From Bacteroidales bacterium (GTDB taxonomy: Bacteria; Bacteroidota; Bacteroidia; Bacteroidales; UBA12077): a stretch of 64,000 bases of DNA. The stretch's first letter is position 1, and every line of letters starts with the position of its first letter. This document shows positions 39,159-47,641 of the stretch, one piece after another. The notes beneath the pieces were generated by a model, which was not told the origin of the DNA, did no database searches, and saw only the letters and a program-made list of their open reading frames with translations. The DNA is taken from the NCBI GenBank assembly GCA_028282585.1, contig JANQHR010000144.1, positions 32,001 to 96,000 on the forward strand, read 5' to 3'. Both the position numbers and the translations under genes were made by a program.

Positions 39159-41396
39159 ATGTTACCTAAAATAAATTTTGATAAAAAAACCGAAGGAAAA
39201 ATTACTGATAGAGAGCGAAAGAAAATTATAAATAAATATCGGGAATTACTTCACTTATCGGAAGACTTTACCAAAAAAAAGGAAGTTGAGCTTATACGTA
39301 AAGCTTTTGATTTGGCACTAGATGCATCCGAAGAAAAACGTTTGCCATCTGGAGATCCTGAAATTATTGATACCCTGGAAGTTGCAATTGTTATTGTTAG
39401 TGAAATTGGTTTAGGAACCAGATCTGTTGTTTCTTCACTGCTTTATCATTCGGTTTTAGACGGTAAAATTACTTTAGATGAGGTAGAGAAGGAATTTGAC
39501 AAAACCATTCGAATAATTGTCGATGGTTTGGTTAAGATATCAGATATCAATACAAAAACATCTGCAAATCAGGTTGAAAACTTTAGACAGTTATTATTAA
39601 CACTTGCTGAAGATGTAAGAGTAATCTTAATTAAACTAGCCATATTATTAAACCATATGAGAAGTTTAAATAATATGCCTGAGGATTACCAGATTAAAAC
39701 ATCTTTGGAAACTTTTTCACTTTATGCTCCATTGGCTCATCGATTAGGATTATATAATATAAAATCCGAATTGGAAAACTTATCGATGAAATATACTGAA
39801 AAAGAGAAGTATAAGGAAATCATAAAAAAGTTAAAGAATACAACAGCAAAACGAGAGCGATTTATAAAGAAATTTGTTTCGCCAATAGAAAAGGTTTTAA
39901 AAGACGAGGGATATGATTATGAAATAAAAGGACGTCCAAAGTCGGTATATTCGATTTGGCAAAAAATGAAAAAGCAAAATGTTGAATTTGAAGAAGTTTA
40001 CGATATATTTGCAATTCGCATTATCTTGAATTCAAAGCCATCCAAAGAAAAAGCCCATTGTTGGAGAGTTTATTCGGTTGTTACCGATTTTTATCAACCA
40101 AACCCTAAGCGATTAAGGGATTGGATCTCTATACCGAAATCCAATGGTTATGAGTCATTACATACTACCGTGGTGGGTCCGGAAAGTAAGTGGGTAGAGG
40201 TTCAAATAAGAACCAAACGCATGGATGAAATTGCAGAAAAGGGATATGCAGCACATTGGCGATATAAAGGTGTAAAAGCTGAAAAAGGCATTGACCAATG
40301 GATGCAAAAGGTAAGAGATGTAATTGAAGCCAATGGTGCTGAAAATGGTGAAACAATTGATGACCTTAAGCTAAATCTTTATAATAAGGAAGTCTTTGTT
40401 TTTACACCAAATGGCGACTTAAAAAAACTTCCGGCAGGAGCAACGGTTTTGGATTTTGCTTATGACATCCACTCTGATGTTGGTAATCAATGTGTTGGCG
40501 CCATGATTAACCATAAAAATGTTACTATTAAACAACAATTACAAAATGGTGATCAGATTAGTATTGTAACATCAAAAACACAGAAACCGAAATCGGATTG
40601 GTTAAATTTTGTTGTTACTTCAAAGGCTAAAACTAAAATAAAATCAACTTTACGTGAGGAGAGATTTAAAGAAGCTGAATCTGGAAAGGAATTATTAAAA
40701 AGAAGGCTTAAAAATTGGAAAATTAAATTTGAAGATGCTCTAATAGATAAATTAGTTAAATATTATAAGCTAAAAGCTCCTGTTGACTTGTACTATGCAA
40801 TCGCAACACAGAAAGTTGATATTTCTGGGATAAAGGATTATTTAACTGAATCAAAAGAAGAAGAACTTCCAGTTAACGAGATTGAAGAAAAAATAGAGAC
40901 GCAAGAGGTTGATAAGAAATCATCATACCAGAGTGATTTTCTGATTATTGACAATAAGATTGAAAATGTTGATTATAAATTGGCAAAATGTTGTAATCCA
41001 ATTTTTGGAGACTCTATTTTTGGCTTTGTTACTGTAAGTGAGGGAATAAAAATACATAGAACAAGTTGTCCGAATGCACGGCAAATGATTGAGAGGTATA
41101 ATTATAGAATAATTAAAGCACAGTGGACAAAATCGGCTGCAAAACAATCATTTCAGGCAACTATTAAAGTTTCAGGGGTTGATGAAATTGGAATGTTGAA
41201 TAAGATCACAGATATAATCTCAAAAGATCTAAGAGTTAGGATGAGATCTATTTCCATGGATTCAAACGAAGGAATGTTTGATGGTAAACTAAAACTATTT
41301 GTGGATAGTACAAAGCATCTTGATATGCTAATGTCCAAGCTAAAACGAGAAAAAGGAATTTTAAAAGTTACGCGCGTTGATTCGGAAGAGAATTAA
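39159..41396 (+). CDS. relA: Long RelA/SpoT homolog, (p)ppGpp synthetase with degenerate HD domain
   Basis: RPKSVYSI, DIFAIRII, GYESLHTTV, EVQIRT; TGS, CC and ACT domains. Confidence 0.92.
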   Translation: MLPKINFDKKTEGKITDRERKKIINKYRELLHLSEDFTKKKEVELIRKAFDLALDASEEKRLPSGDPEIIDTLEVAIVIVSEIGLGTRSVVSSLLYHSVLDGKITLDEVEKEFDKTIRIIVDGLVKISDINTKTSANQVENFRQLLLTLAEDVRVILIKLAILLNHMRSLNNMPEDYQIKTSLETFSLYAPLAHRLGLYNIKSELENLSMKYTEKEKYKEIIKKLKNTTAKRERFIKKFVSPIEKVLKDEGYDYEIKGRPKSVYSIWQKMKKQNVEFEEVYDIFAIRIILNSKPSKEKAHCWRVYSVVTDFYQPNPKRLRDWISIPKSNGYESLHTTVVGPESKWVEVQIRTKRMDEIAEKGYAAHWRYKGVKAEKGIDQWMQKVRDVIEANGAENGETIDDLKLNLYNKEVFVFTPNGDLKKLPAGATVLDFAYDIHSDVGNQCVGAMINHKNVTIKQQLQNGDQISIVTSKTQKPKSDWLNFVVTSKAKTKIKSTLREERFKEAESGKELLKRRLKNWKIKFEDALIDKLVKYYKLKAPVDLYYAIATQKVDISGIKDYLTESKEEELPVNEIEEKIETQEVDKKSSYQSDFLIIDNKIENVDYKLAKCCNPIFGDSIFGFVTVSEGIKIHRTSCPNARQMIERYNYRIIKAQWTKSAAKQSFQATIKVSGVDEIGMLNKITDIISKDLRVRMRSISMDSNEGMFDGKLKLFVDSTKHLDMLMSKLKREKGILKVTRVDSEEN

Positions 41397-41401
41397 TAAA
41401 A

Positions 41402-41506
41402 GCAAATTAGTAAATGGTAAATAGGTGAATTAGTATAATAAGATAAAAGCGAATGTAACAAGTTATAATCTTTCAATATTACCAATTCACTATTTCACAA
41501 ATTAGC
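41402..41506. repeat. Intergenic imperfect inverted repeat
   Basis: AAATAGGTGAATTAGTA (about 41419) vs TACCAATTCACTATTT (about 41480), with outer GCAAATT/AATTAGC. Confidence 0.55.
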
Positions 41507-41578
41507 AATAATTAATAAATTTGTATTACAATAAACAAAAAGCTATTATCGTTGGTTTAATTGTTAAATAAGGGCATT

Positions 41579-42256
41579 ATGAAAGTTATATTAGTGACTA
41601 TATTATTTTTATTAACAATTGTTTTGTCTGGTTTCTCACAGGTTTTCCCGTTATTACCGAAATATTACCAACCTTTGGATTCTACAGTTTTAGGTAATAA
41701 TAATGAGGAAGAACAAGAGAAAAAGGAAACTTTATTGAAACGACATGAAAAGGTTTTGTATTCTGTTGCAATGGGAACGGGATTTTCAAGTTTCGGTAAT
41801 GATCTTTCAATGATGAATACTTATATTGCACCAACCGTTGATTATCAGGTAAATTCCAAACTTAATGTTACTGTAACAGGCATTATAATGCAAAACAACT
41901 TTAATGGTTTAGAAGAATTTTATGGTAATGCTCCTGGATATTCATACAGTTCAAATACATCAAATTATGGCATTTCAGGTACTGCTTATTATCAGTTAAA
42001 TGATAAATGGAGTATATGGGGTGATGGGGCTTATCTGGAGAACCAATCCATATTTAACGATTATCGGGCTGACGCTTATGACAATGATTACAAAACTATT
42101 TCTTTGGGGGTGGGATACAAGATAAATGATAAAGTACAATTTCATTTTCAATATAGATACTCGAATGGATTAAACCCGGCATATAATTATTCTTCACCTT
42201 TTTACAATAGGACATATAACCCTTACAGATCTAATTTCGATATTTGGGATTATTAA
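41579..42256 (+). CDS. Hypothetical exported protein, probable outer-membrane beta-barrel
   Basis: Signal peptide from MKVILV; strands APTVDYQVN, GTAYYQLNDKWSIWG, LGVGYKIND. Confidence 0.7.
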   Translation: MKVILVTILFLLTIVLSGFSQVFPLLPKYYQPLDSTVLGNNNEEEQEKKETLLKRHEKVLYSVAMGTGFSSFGNDLSMMNTYIAPTVDYQVNSKLNVTVTGIIMQNNFNGLEEFYGNAPGYSYSSNTSNYGISGTAYYQLNDKWSIWGDGAYLENQSIFNDYRADAYDNDYKTISLGVGYKINDKVQFHFQYRYSNGLNPAYNYSSPFYNRTYNPYRSNFDIWDY

Positions 42257-43087
42257 ATGATCTGGTTTAAAGAAAATACTTATTTAATTACAGTAGTTCT
42301 TGTAATTATTAGTTTATCTGTAAAATCGCAAACTACAATTTCACAATTCCCTGTATTTCAGCCTGACGAACGAATAACCTATTCTGCTGTATATAATTGG
42401 GGATTTATTTGGTTAAAAGCAGGAAAGGTTGAATTTAAAGTAACGAAAACCAAATATAAGGATAACGAAGCATACCATTTAAATGCTTTTGGAACTAGTC
42501 TTCCATCTTATGATTGGTTATTTAAAGTTCGTGATTATTTTCAGTCATACGTGAGAACTGATAATTTAGCTCCATTATATTTTGATAGAAATACTTATGA
42601 AGGTGGATATTATGTCCAAAATCAGTTTATATTTAATTATAAGGATAGTCTGATATATACCCAAACGCAAAATTCCAATAAACCATACTCTGAGGATACA
42701 CTTAAAATGCAAAAGAATATTTACGATGTTATTTCAGGGGTATATTATATAAGGAACCTTGATTTTGATAAATACGAAATTAACGATACTATTCCAGTTC
42801 GTATGATAATCGATAACGAAATATTTGATTTATATATCAGGTATTTAGGGAAAGAAGTATTAAAAACTCATGACAAGCGAAAGTTCAATACCATAAAATT
42901 TTCTGCTCTGCTAGTTGAAGGAACCATATTCAAAGGGGGAGAGGATTTATATGTTTGGGTAAGTGATGATTTAAATCGAATTCCAATACTTGTTGAGGCT
43001 AAAATATTGATCGGCTCTGTAAAAGCTACATTAGTTGGAATAGAAAATCAGAAGTTTCCGCTTTCTTCAGAAATAGTTCAAGAATAA
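42257..43087 (+). CDS. DUF3108-family protein
   Basis: ERITYSAVYNWGFIW...FKVRD...WVSDDLNRIPILVEAKILIGSVKA. Confidence 0.88.
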   Translation: MIWFKENTYLITVVLVIISLSVKSQTTISQFPVFQPDERITYSAVYNWGFIWLKAGKVEFKVTKTKYKDNEAYHLNAFGTSLPSYDWLFKVRDYFQSYVRTDNLAPLYFDRNTYEGGYYVQNQFIFNYKDSLIYTQTQNSNKPYSEDTLKMQKNIYDVISGVYYIRNLDFDKYEINDTIPVRMIIDNEIFDLYIRYLGKEVLKTHDKRKFNTIKFSALLVEGTIFKGGEDLYVWVSDDLNRIPILVEAKILIGSVKATLVGIENQKFPLSSEIVQE

Positions 43088-43103
43088 TATATTAAATAAT
43101 CGA

Positions 43104-43602
43104 ATTGAAATGATAGTAAGGATTGTAATGATTGAAAATTCTTGTTAAATTATAAAATGATATCTTTATAGAATACAATAACTTTTAACATGACAATGGA
43201 AGGCGATTGGGTAAAATTTAAAAAAGAACTAAGATAAAGGTTAAAGAAATTCGCTCTGGGAATTACTAGGTTAGTTCAGAACTTACCAAAAACTTCTGAA
43301 GCAAAAACTATAGGTAATCAGTTGTTAAAATCGGGAACTTCGACTTATGCAAATTATAGAGCGGCTTTAAGAGGACGTTCAAAAGCAGAATTCTTTAGTA
43401 AATTATCTATCTCAGTTGAAGAAGCGGATGAAACTGAAATGTGGTTGGAAATATTAATAGAGTCAGAAATATCTAATGATCAGGAAACTATAAGACTGCA
43501 TAAAGAAAGCTTCGAATTATTAAAAATTCTATCTCACCTAAGAAAAACTGTTGGAAATAAATAATTATTATTCAAACTCCACAATCCTCTTAATCTTTCA
43601 AT
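43104..43602. repeat. Imperfect inverted repeats (43104-43137 / 43570-43602) flanking the four-helix-bundle gene
   Basis: Left arm ATTGAAATGATAGTAAGGATTGTAATGATTGAA vs reverse complement of right arm ATTGAAAGATTAAGAGGATTGTGGAGTTTGAA. Confidence 0.65.
43190..43564 (+). pseudogene. Four-helix-bundle protein (23S rRNA IVS protein/Avd-like) with an in-frame stop
   Basis: MTMEGDWVKFKKELR*RLKKFALGITRLVQNLPK...NQLLKSGTSTYANYRAALRGRSKAEFFSKLSISVEEADETEMWLE; TAA at 43235-43237. Confidence 0.85.
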
Positions 43603-43729
43603 CTATCTAAGTTTAAAAAGAAATTAAAAATCAGATGGAAATCCCATGCTATAATTCCGAAGTTCATAAATTTTATACTAATTTTGCCGGAAATTGAAAA
43701 ACAGTAATTCATAACTAAAATAGTTAATA

Positions 43730-44923
43730 ATGCATAACACGGTTAAGGTTACAGATAAAATTTACTGGCTTGGAGCCAATGATAGAAGAACACATTTATT
43801 TGAAAATATGTGGCCAATTCCAAATGGTGTTTCATACAACTCATATTTAATTATAGATGAAAAGATTGCTTTGGTCGATACTTTGGAGTTTGGCTCTTCC
43901 GATGATTATCTTGAAAAAATAGAAAATCTTATCGATGGAAAACCAATTGATTACCTAATTATTAATCATATGGAGCCAGATCATTCGGGAGCTGTTAAAA
44001 CCATTGTTGAAAAATATCCTAATATTAAGTTAGTGGGTAATTTAAAGACATTCAAAATAGTCGATTCTTACTTTGGATATAAAGAAAAGCAATATCAGGT
44101 GGAAGATGGAGATGAGCTTAGCTTAGGACACCATAAATTAAAGTTTGTAATGACTCCCTGGGTACATTGGCCAGAAACAATGATGACATATGATTTAACA
44201 GAGAAAGTTTTATTTTCGGGTGATGCTTTTGGTACATTTGGTTCTTTAGATGGTGGAATATTCGATGATGAAATTGAGTTTGAAGAATACTATCAGGTTG
44301 AAATGCGCAGGTATTTCTCGAATATTGTGGGAAAGTACAGCAACATGGTTCAGAAAGCATTTAAAAAGCTGGAAGGGATTGATGTAAAATATATATGTGC
44401 AACTCATGGACCTATATGGAGAACAGATGTAAATAAGGTTTTATCACTTTACGATAGATGGAGTAAATTCGAAGCAGAAAATGGTGTTGTTATTATTTAT
44501 GGTTCAATGTATGGAAATACAGCTAAACTGGCAGATTGCATTGCTCGTAAGTTGTCTGAAGAAGGCATTAAGAGGATCAGAATTTATGATGCATCAAAAA
44601 CTCACTTATCGTATTTGATTAATGAGATTTGGCAATATAAAGGTGTTATTCTAGGTAGTTGCGCATATAATTCTGGAATGTTACCAACAATGGAAAATTT
44701 AACAAGAAATCTTGAGCATATCGGTTTAAAGAATCGTTATTTAGGTGTATTTGGTTCTTATAGCTGGAATGGAGGAGGAGCAAAAGCTTTATTTAAATTT
44801 CAGGAAAATATGAATTGGGATTTAGTTGTTGATCCAGTTGATACTAGAGGAATCCCGGGAAATGAATCATTTGAAAGATGTGAAACTATAGCGAAAGCAA
44901 TGGCAGAGAAATTAAAAACATAA
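43730..44923 (+). CDS. fprA: Flavodiiron protein (A-type flavoprotein)
   Basis: NHMEPDHSG, HWPETM, SGDAFG, HGP, flavodoxin SMYGNT. Confidence 0.95.
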   Translation: MHNTVKVTDKIYWLGANDRRTHLFENMWPIPNGVSYNSYLIIDEKIALVDTLEFGSSDDYLEKIENLIDGKPIDYLIINHMEPDHSGAVKTIVEKYPNIKLVGNLKTFKIVDSYFGYKEKQYQVEDGDELSLGHHKLKFVMTPWVHWPETMMTYDLTEKVLFSGDAFGTFGSLDGGIFDDEIEFEEYYQVEMRRYFSNIVGKYSNMVQKAFKKLEGIDVKYICATHGPIWRTDVNKVLSLYDRWSKFEAENGVVIIYGSMYGNTAKLADCIARKLSEEGIKRIRIYDASKTHLSYLINEIWQYKGVILGSCAYNSGMLPTMENLTRNLEHIGLKNRYLGVFGSYSWNGGGAKALFKFQENMNWDLVVDPVDTRGIPGNESFERCETIAKAMAEKLKT

Positions 44924-44944
44924 AATAAAAATTTATCAATTTAG

Positions 44945-44976
44945 AAAGGGCTTGAAATAATTCAACGCCCTTTTTT
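44945..44976 (+). terminator. Terminator after fprA
   Basis: AAAGGGCTTGAA-ATAA-TTCAACGCCCTTTTTT. Confidence 0.72.
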
Positions 44977-45027
44977 ATTTGTTTCAAGAAGATTCTTTAT
45001 TTTTATTGGCAGTAAAAAATAAAATAT

Positions 45028-45417
45028 ATGGATATTAATTTAAATACAGGAATAACATATACAGCAACGCAAGTTGTTGAGAAAAAAGATACTGCAGCGG
45101 AGTATGGATCAGGCTTAGTTGAGGTTTTTGCGACTCCTGCGATGATTGCTCTTATGGAAAACGCTGCTTTAAAAACAGTATTACCGTATCTGGGTGATGA
45201 ATACAATACGGTTGGGTTTGAAGTTAATGTCAGACATTTAAAGCCAACACCAGTCGGAATGAAGGTTGAATGCACAGCAACTTTGATTGAAGTTGATGGA
45301 AAAAAACTGATTTTTTCTGTTACAGCAAATGATGAAGAAGGTAGGATCGGAGAAGGAACACATATACGTTACGTTATTAACTCAAAGAAATTCATGAATA
45401 AATTAAAACAAAAATAA
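45028..45417 (+). CDS. Hotdog-fold thioesterase, FlK family
   Basis: [21 protein letters not shown]...TVG...HLKPTPVG. Confidence 0.92.
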   Translation: MDINLNTGITYTATQVVEKKDTAAEYGSGLVEVFATPAMIALMENAALKTVLPYLGDEYNTVGFEVNVRHLKPTPVGMKVECTATLIEVDGKKLIFSVTANDEEGRIGEGTHIRYVINSKKFMNKLKQK

Positions 45418-45423
45418 AATACT

Positions 45424-46056
45424 ATGACACGAAAATTGATCATTACCCTATCTATCTTATTTACTGTTAATAATTTAATAGCTCAAGAATTAATAAAGCT
45501 TCCCGCTCCTCAAAAAACAGGAGGTATGCCTTTAATGCAAGCTTTAAATGAAAGAAGCTCAAGCCGGGATTTCATAGATAAAGATTTATCAGAACAACAA
45601 CTGTCCAATTTATTATGGGCTGCATTTGGTATTAATAGAAAAGATATAAAAAAACGAACTGCACCTACTTCTCAAAATAATCAGGATATTGAGATTTATC
45701 TAACGACAAAAAAAGGATTATTTCTTTACAAACCTGAAGAGCATGCTTTAGAGAAAAAATCAGATAGAGATATTAGAGAAGTAACAGGCGAACAAGATTT
45801 TGTGAAAGCAGCTGCTGTAAACCTAGTCTACGTTTCAAATTTTAGTAAGTTAGGTGATAGTCCAATAGAGGTTAAAAGAATGATAGCTGCGACACACTCT
45901 GGATTTATTGGGCAGAACGTATACCTGTATTGTGCATCGGAAGGGTTAATTTCTGTGTTCAGAGCATGGATTGATAAAGATAAAATTAAAGAAGCGCTAA
46001 AATTACCAAAAGGGTTTGAAGTGATCTATAGTCAAACTGTTGGATATTCTAAATAG
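45424..46056 (+). CDS. Nitroreductase-family protein (SagB/ThcOx-like), exported
   Basis: GGMPLMQALNERSSSR, LSNLLWAAFGINR, RTAPTS, QNVYLYCASEGL. Confidence 0.9.
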   Translation: MTRKLIITLSILFTVNNLIAQELIKLPAPQKTGGMPLMQALNERSSSRDFIDKDLSEQQLSNLLWAAFGINRKDIKKRTAPTSQNNQDIEIYLTTKKGLFLYKPEEHALEKKSDRDIREVTGEQDFVKAAAVNLVYVSNFSKLGDSPIEVKRMIAATHSGFIGQNVYLYCASEGLISVFRAWIDKDKIKEALKLPKGFEVIYSQTVGYSK

Positions 46057-46079
46057 TAATTTAAGGCAGTTAGCCAGTT

Positions 46080-47261
46080 ATGAAATACAATTTTGACAAT
46101 ATCATTAATAGGGAGAACACTGCTTCAGTTAAATATGATTTACGAAAGGAGATATTCCAGAAAGAAGATGTAATCCCAATGTGGGTTGCCGATATGGATT
46201 TTAAAACACCAGATTTTATTATCAAGGCTATAAAAGAAAGGTTAAATCACGAAGTATTTGGATATAGTATCCGGCCAAGATCATATTTTCAGTCTATTAT
46301 TGATTGGGTAAAACGCAGGCATAATTGGGAAATTAAAGAAGAATGGATATCATTTAGTCCTGGAATAGTACCTGCAATTAATATGGCTGTTCTGGCATAT
46401 ACAAGCCCAGGAGATAAAATTATAATACAACCTCCGGTTTATCATCCGTTTTTTTATGCGATTAAAAATAATGATAGAGAATTAGTTGAGAATCCTTTAA
46501 ATCTTAAAGGCGGAAGATATCATATGAATTTTAAGGATTTAGTTGATAAACTGAGAGATGCAAAGATGTTAGTTCTTTCTAATCCCCATAATCCGGGAGG
46601 TTCAGTTTGGACAAAAGATGAGTTAGAAAAACTGGGAGAGCTATGCGTTAAGTACAACGTATTGATAATGTCCGACGAGATTCATGCTGATTTGATTTAC
46701 AAAAACTACCGTTATACACCATTAGCTTCGATATCAAGTGAGATTGCAAATCATACAGTTACATTTATTGCTCCTAGCAAGACTTTTAATATGGCTGCTT
46801 TAGCTACCTCCTCTGTTATTTCATCAAACAAAGAATTAAAGGAAAAGTATGATAAAGTTCTGGATGCCATTCATATTGGAATGGGAAACGTATTTGGAAC
46901 AGTAGCATCAGAGGCTGCATATACACATGGAGATAAATGGCTCGATCAGCTTATGGAGTACTTAGAAACGAATCTGGACCTGGTAGAAGATTATTTAAAA
47001 GAAAAAGTACCACAAATAAAAATGATTCGCCCGGAAGGAACTTATTTGGTTTGGCTTGATTGTTCCGATTTAAACTTAAAAGGGAAAGATTTAAAAGATT
47101 TTATGATTAAAGATGCAGGTTTAGGCTTTAATGATGGAAGGATGTTTGGTACGGGTGGTGAGGGTTATATGCGAATGAATATCGCTTGTCCCAAACAAAT
47201 TGTTTTAGATGCTTTAATAAGATTGGAGAAGGCAATTAGTAATCATAATTCGAATGTCTGA
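46080..47261 (+). CDS. patB: PatB/MalY-family PLP-dependent C-S lyase
   Basis: PMWVADMDF, NPHNPGG, SDEIHADL, APSKTFN, RMNIAC. Confidence 0.92.
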   Translation: MKYNFDNIINRENTASVKYDLRKEIFQKEDVIPMWVADMDFKTPDFIIKAIKERLNHEVFGYSIRPRSYFQSIIDWVKRRHNWEIKEEWISFSPGIVPAINMAVLAYTSPGDKIIIQPPVYHPFFYAIKNNDRELVENPLNLKGGRYHMNFKDLVDKLRDAKMLVLSNPHNPGGSVWTKDELEKLGELCVKYNVLIMSDEIHADLIYKNYRYTPLASISSEIANHTVTFIAPSKTFNMAALATSSVISSNKELKEKYDKVLDAIHIGMGNVFGTVASEAAYTHGDKWLDQLMEYLETNLDLVEDYLKEKVPQIKMIRPEGTYLVWLDCSDLNLKGKDLKDFMIKDAGLGFNDGRMFGTGGEGYMRMNIACPKQIVLDALIRLEKAISNHNSNV

Positions 47262-47595
47262 TAAGGGTTTTGAAATTAAAGTTTTAATTCCAACAGAGGA
47301 TGGAATTACTATTTCTGAGAATAATTTAGATGAAGTTAAATATTATTTAATGTATAATATTAGTAACAGAAGTTATCAGTTAGCAGGTAAAACAAAAGTT
47401 GCTGCGTTATTAGCCGAAGGAGAATTTGGAGATAATCTGGCTCAATGGATTGCAAAAGAAAAATTGGATATAGTCGTTTCTAAATCTGATATAAGTAACA
47501 TTGGAATAAGGAAAAGAAAACCGATGCACGATGATATAGGGGATGAGTTGAATTTGCTAATAGATATGATAGATCAAAAAAAGGAGCTTATTTAG
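47254..47595 (+). CDS. Hypothetical protein, weak NifB/NifX (FeMo-co binding)-like N terminus
   Basis: KVLIPTEDGITISE...KYYLMYNI resembles the KIAIPTDDG.TIS.HFG.A.YF pattern; overlaps patB by 8 nt. Confidence 0.5.
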   Translation: MSDKGFEIKVLIPTEDGITISENNLDEVKYYLMYNISNRSYQLAGKTKVAALLAEGEFGDNLAQWIAKEKLDIVVSKSDISNIGIRKRKPMHDDIGDELNLLIDMIDQKKELI

Positions 47596-47602
47596 CTCCT
47601 TT
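47579..47602. terminator. Probable bidirectional terminator
   Basis: AAAGGAGCT-TATTT-AGCTCCTTT between convergent genes. Confidence 0.7.
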
Positions 47603-47641
47603 CTTAATTTAAGGTGTATTTTTATTATACTATATTCTATT

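Noticed and set aside
43190-43564. Avd-like gene as evidence of a diversity-generating retroelement
   Set aside because: No reverse transcriptase and no TR/VR repeat pair seen in the window.
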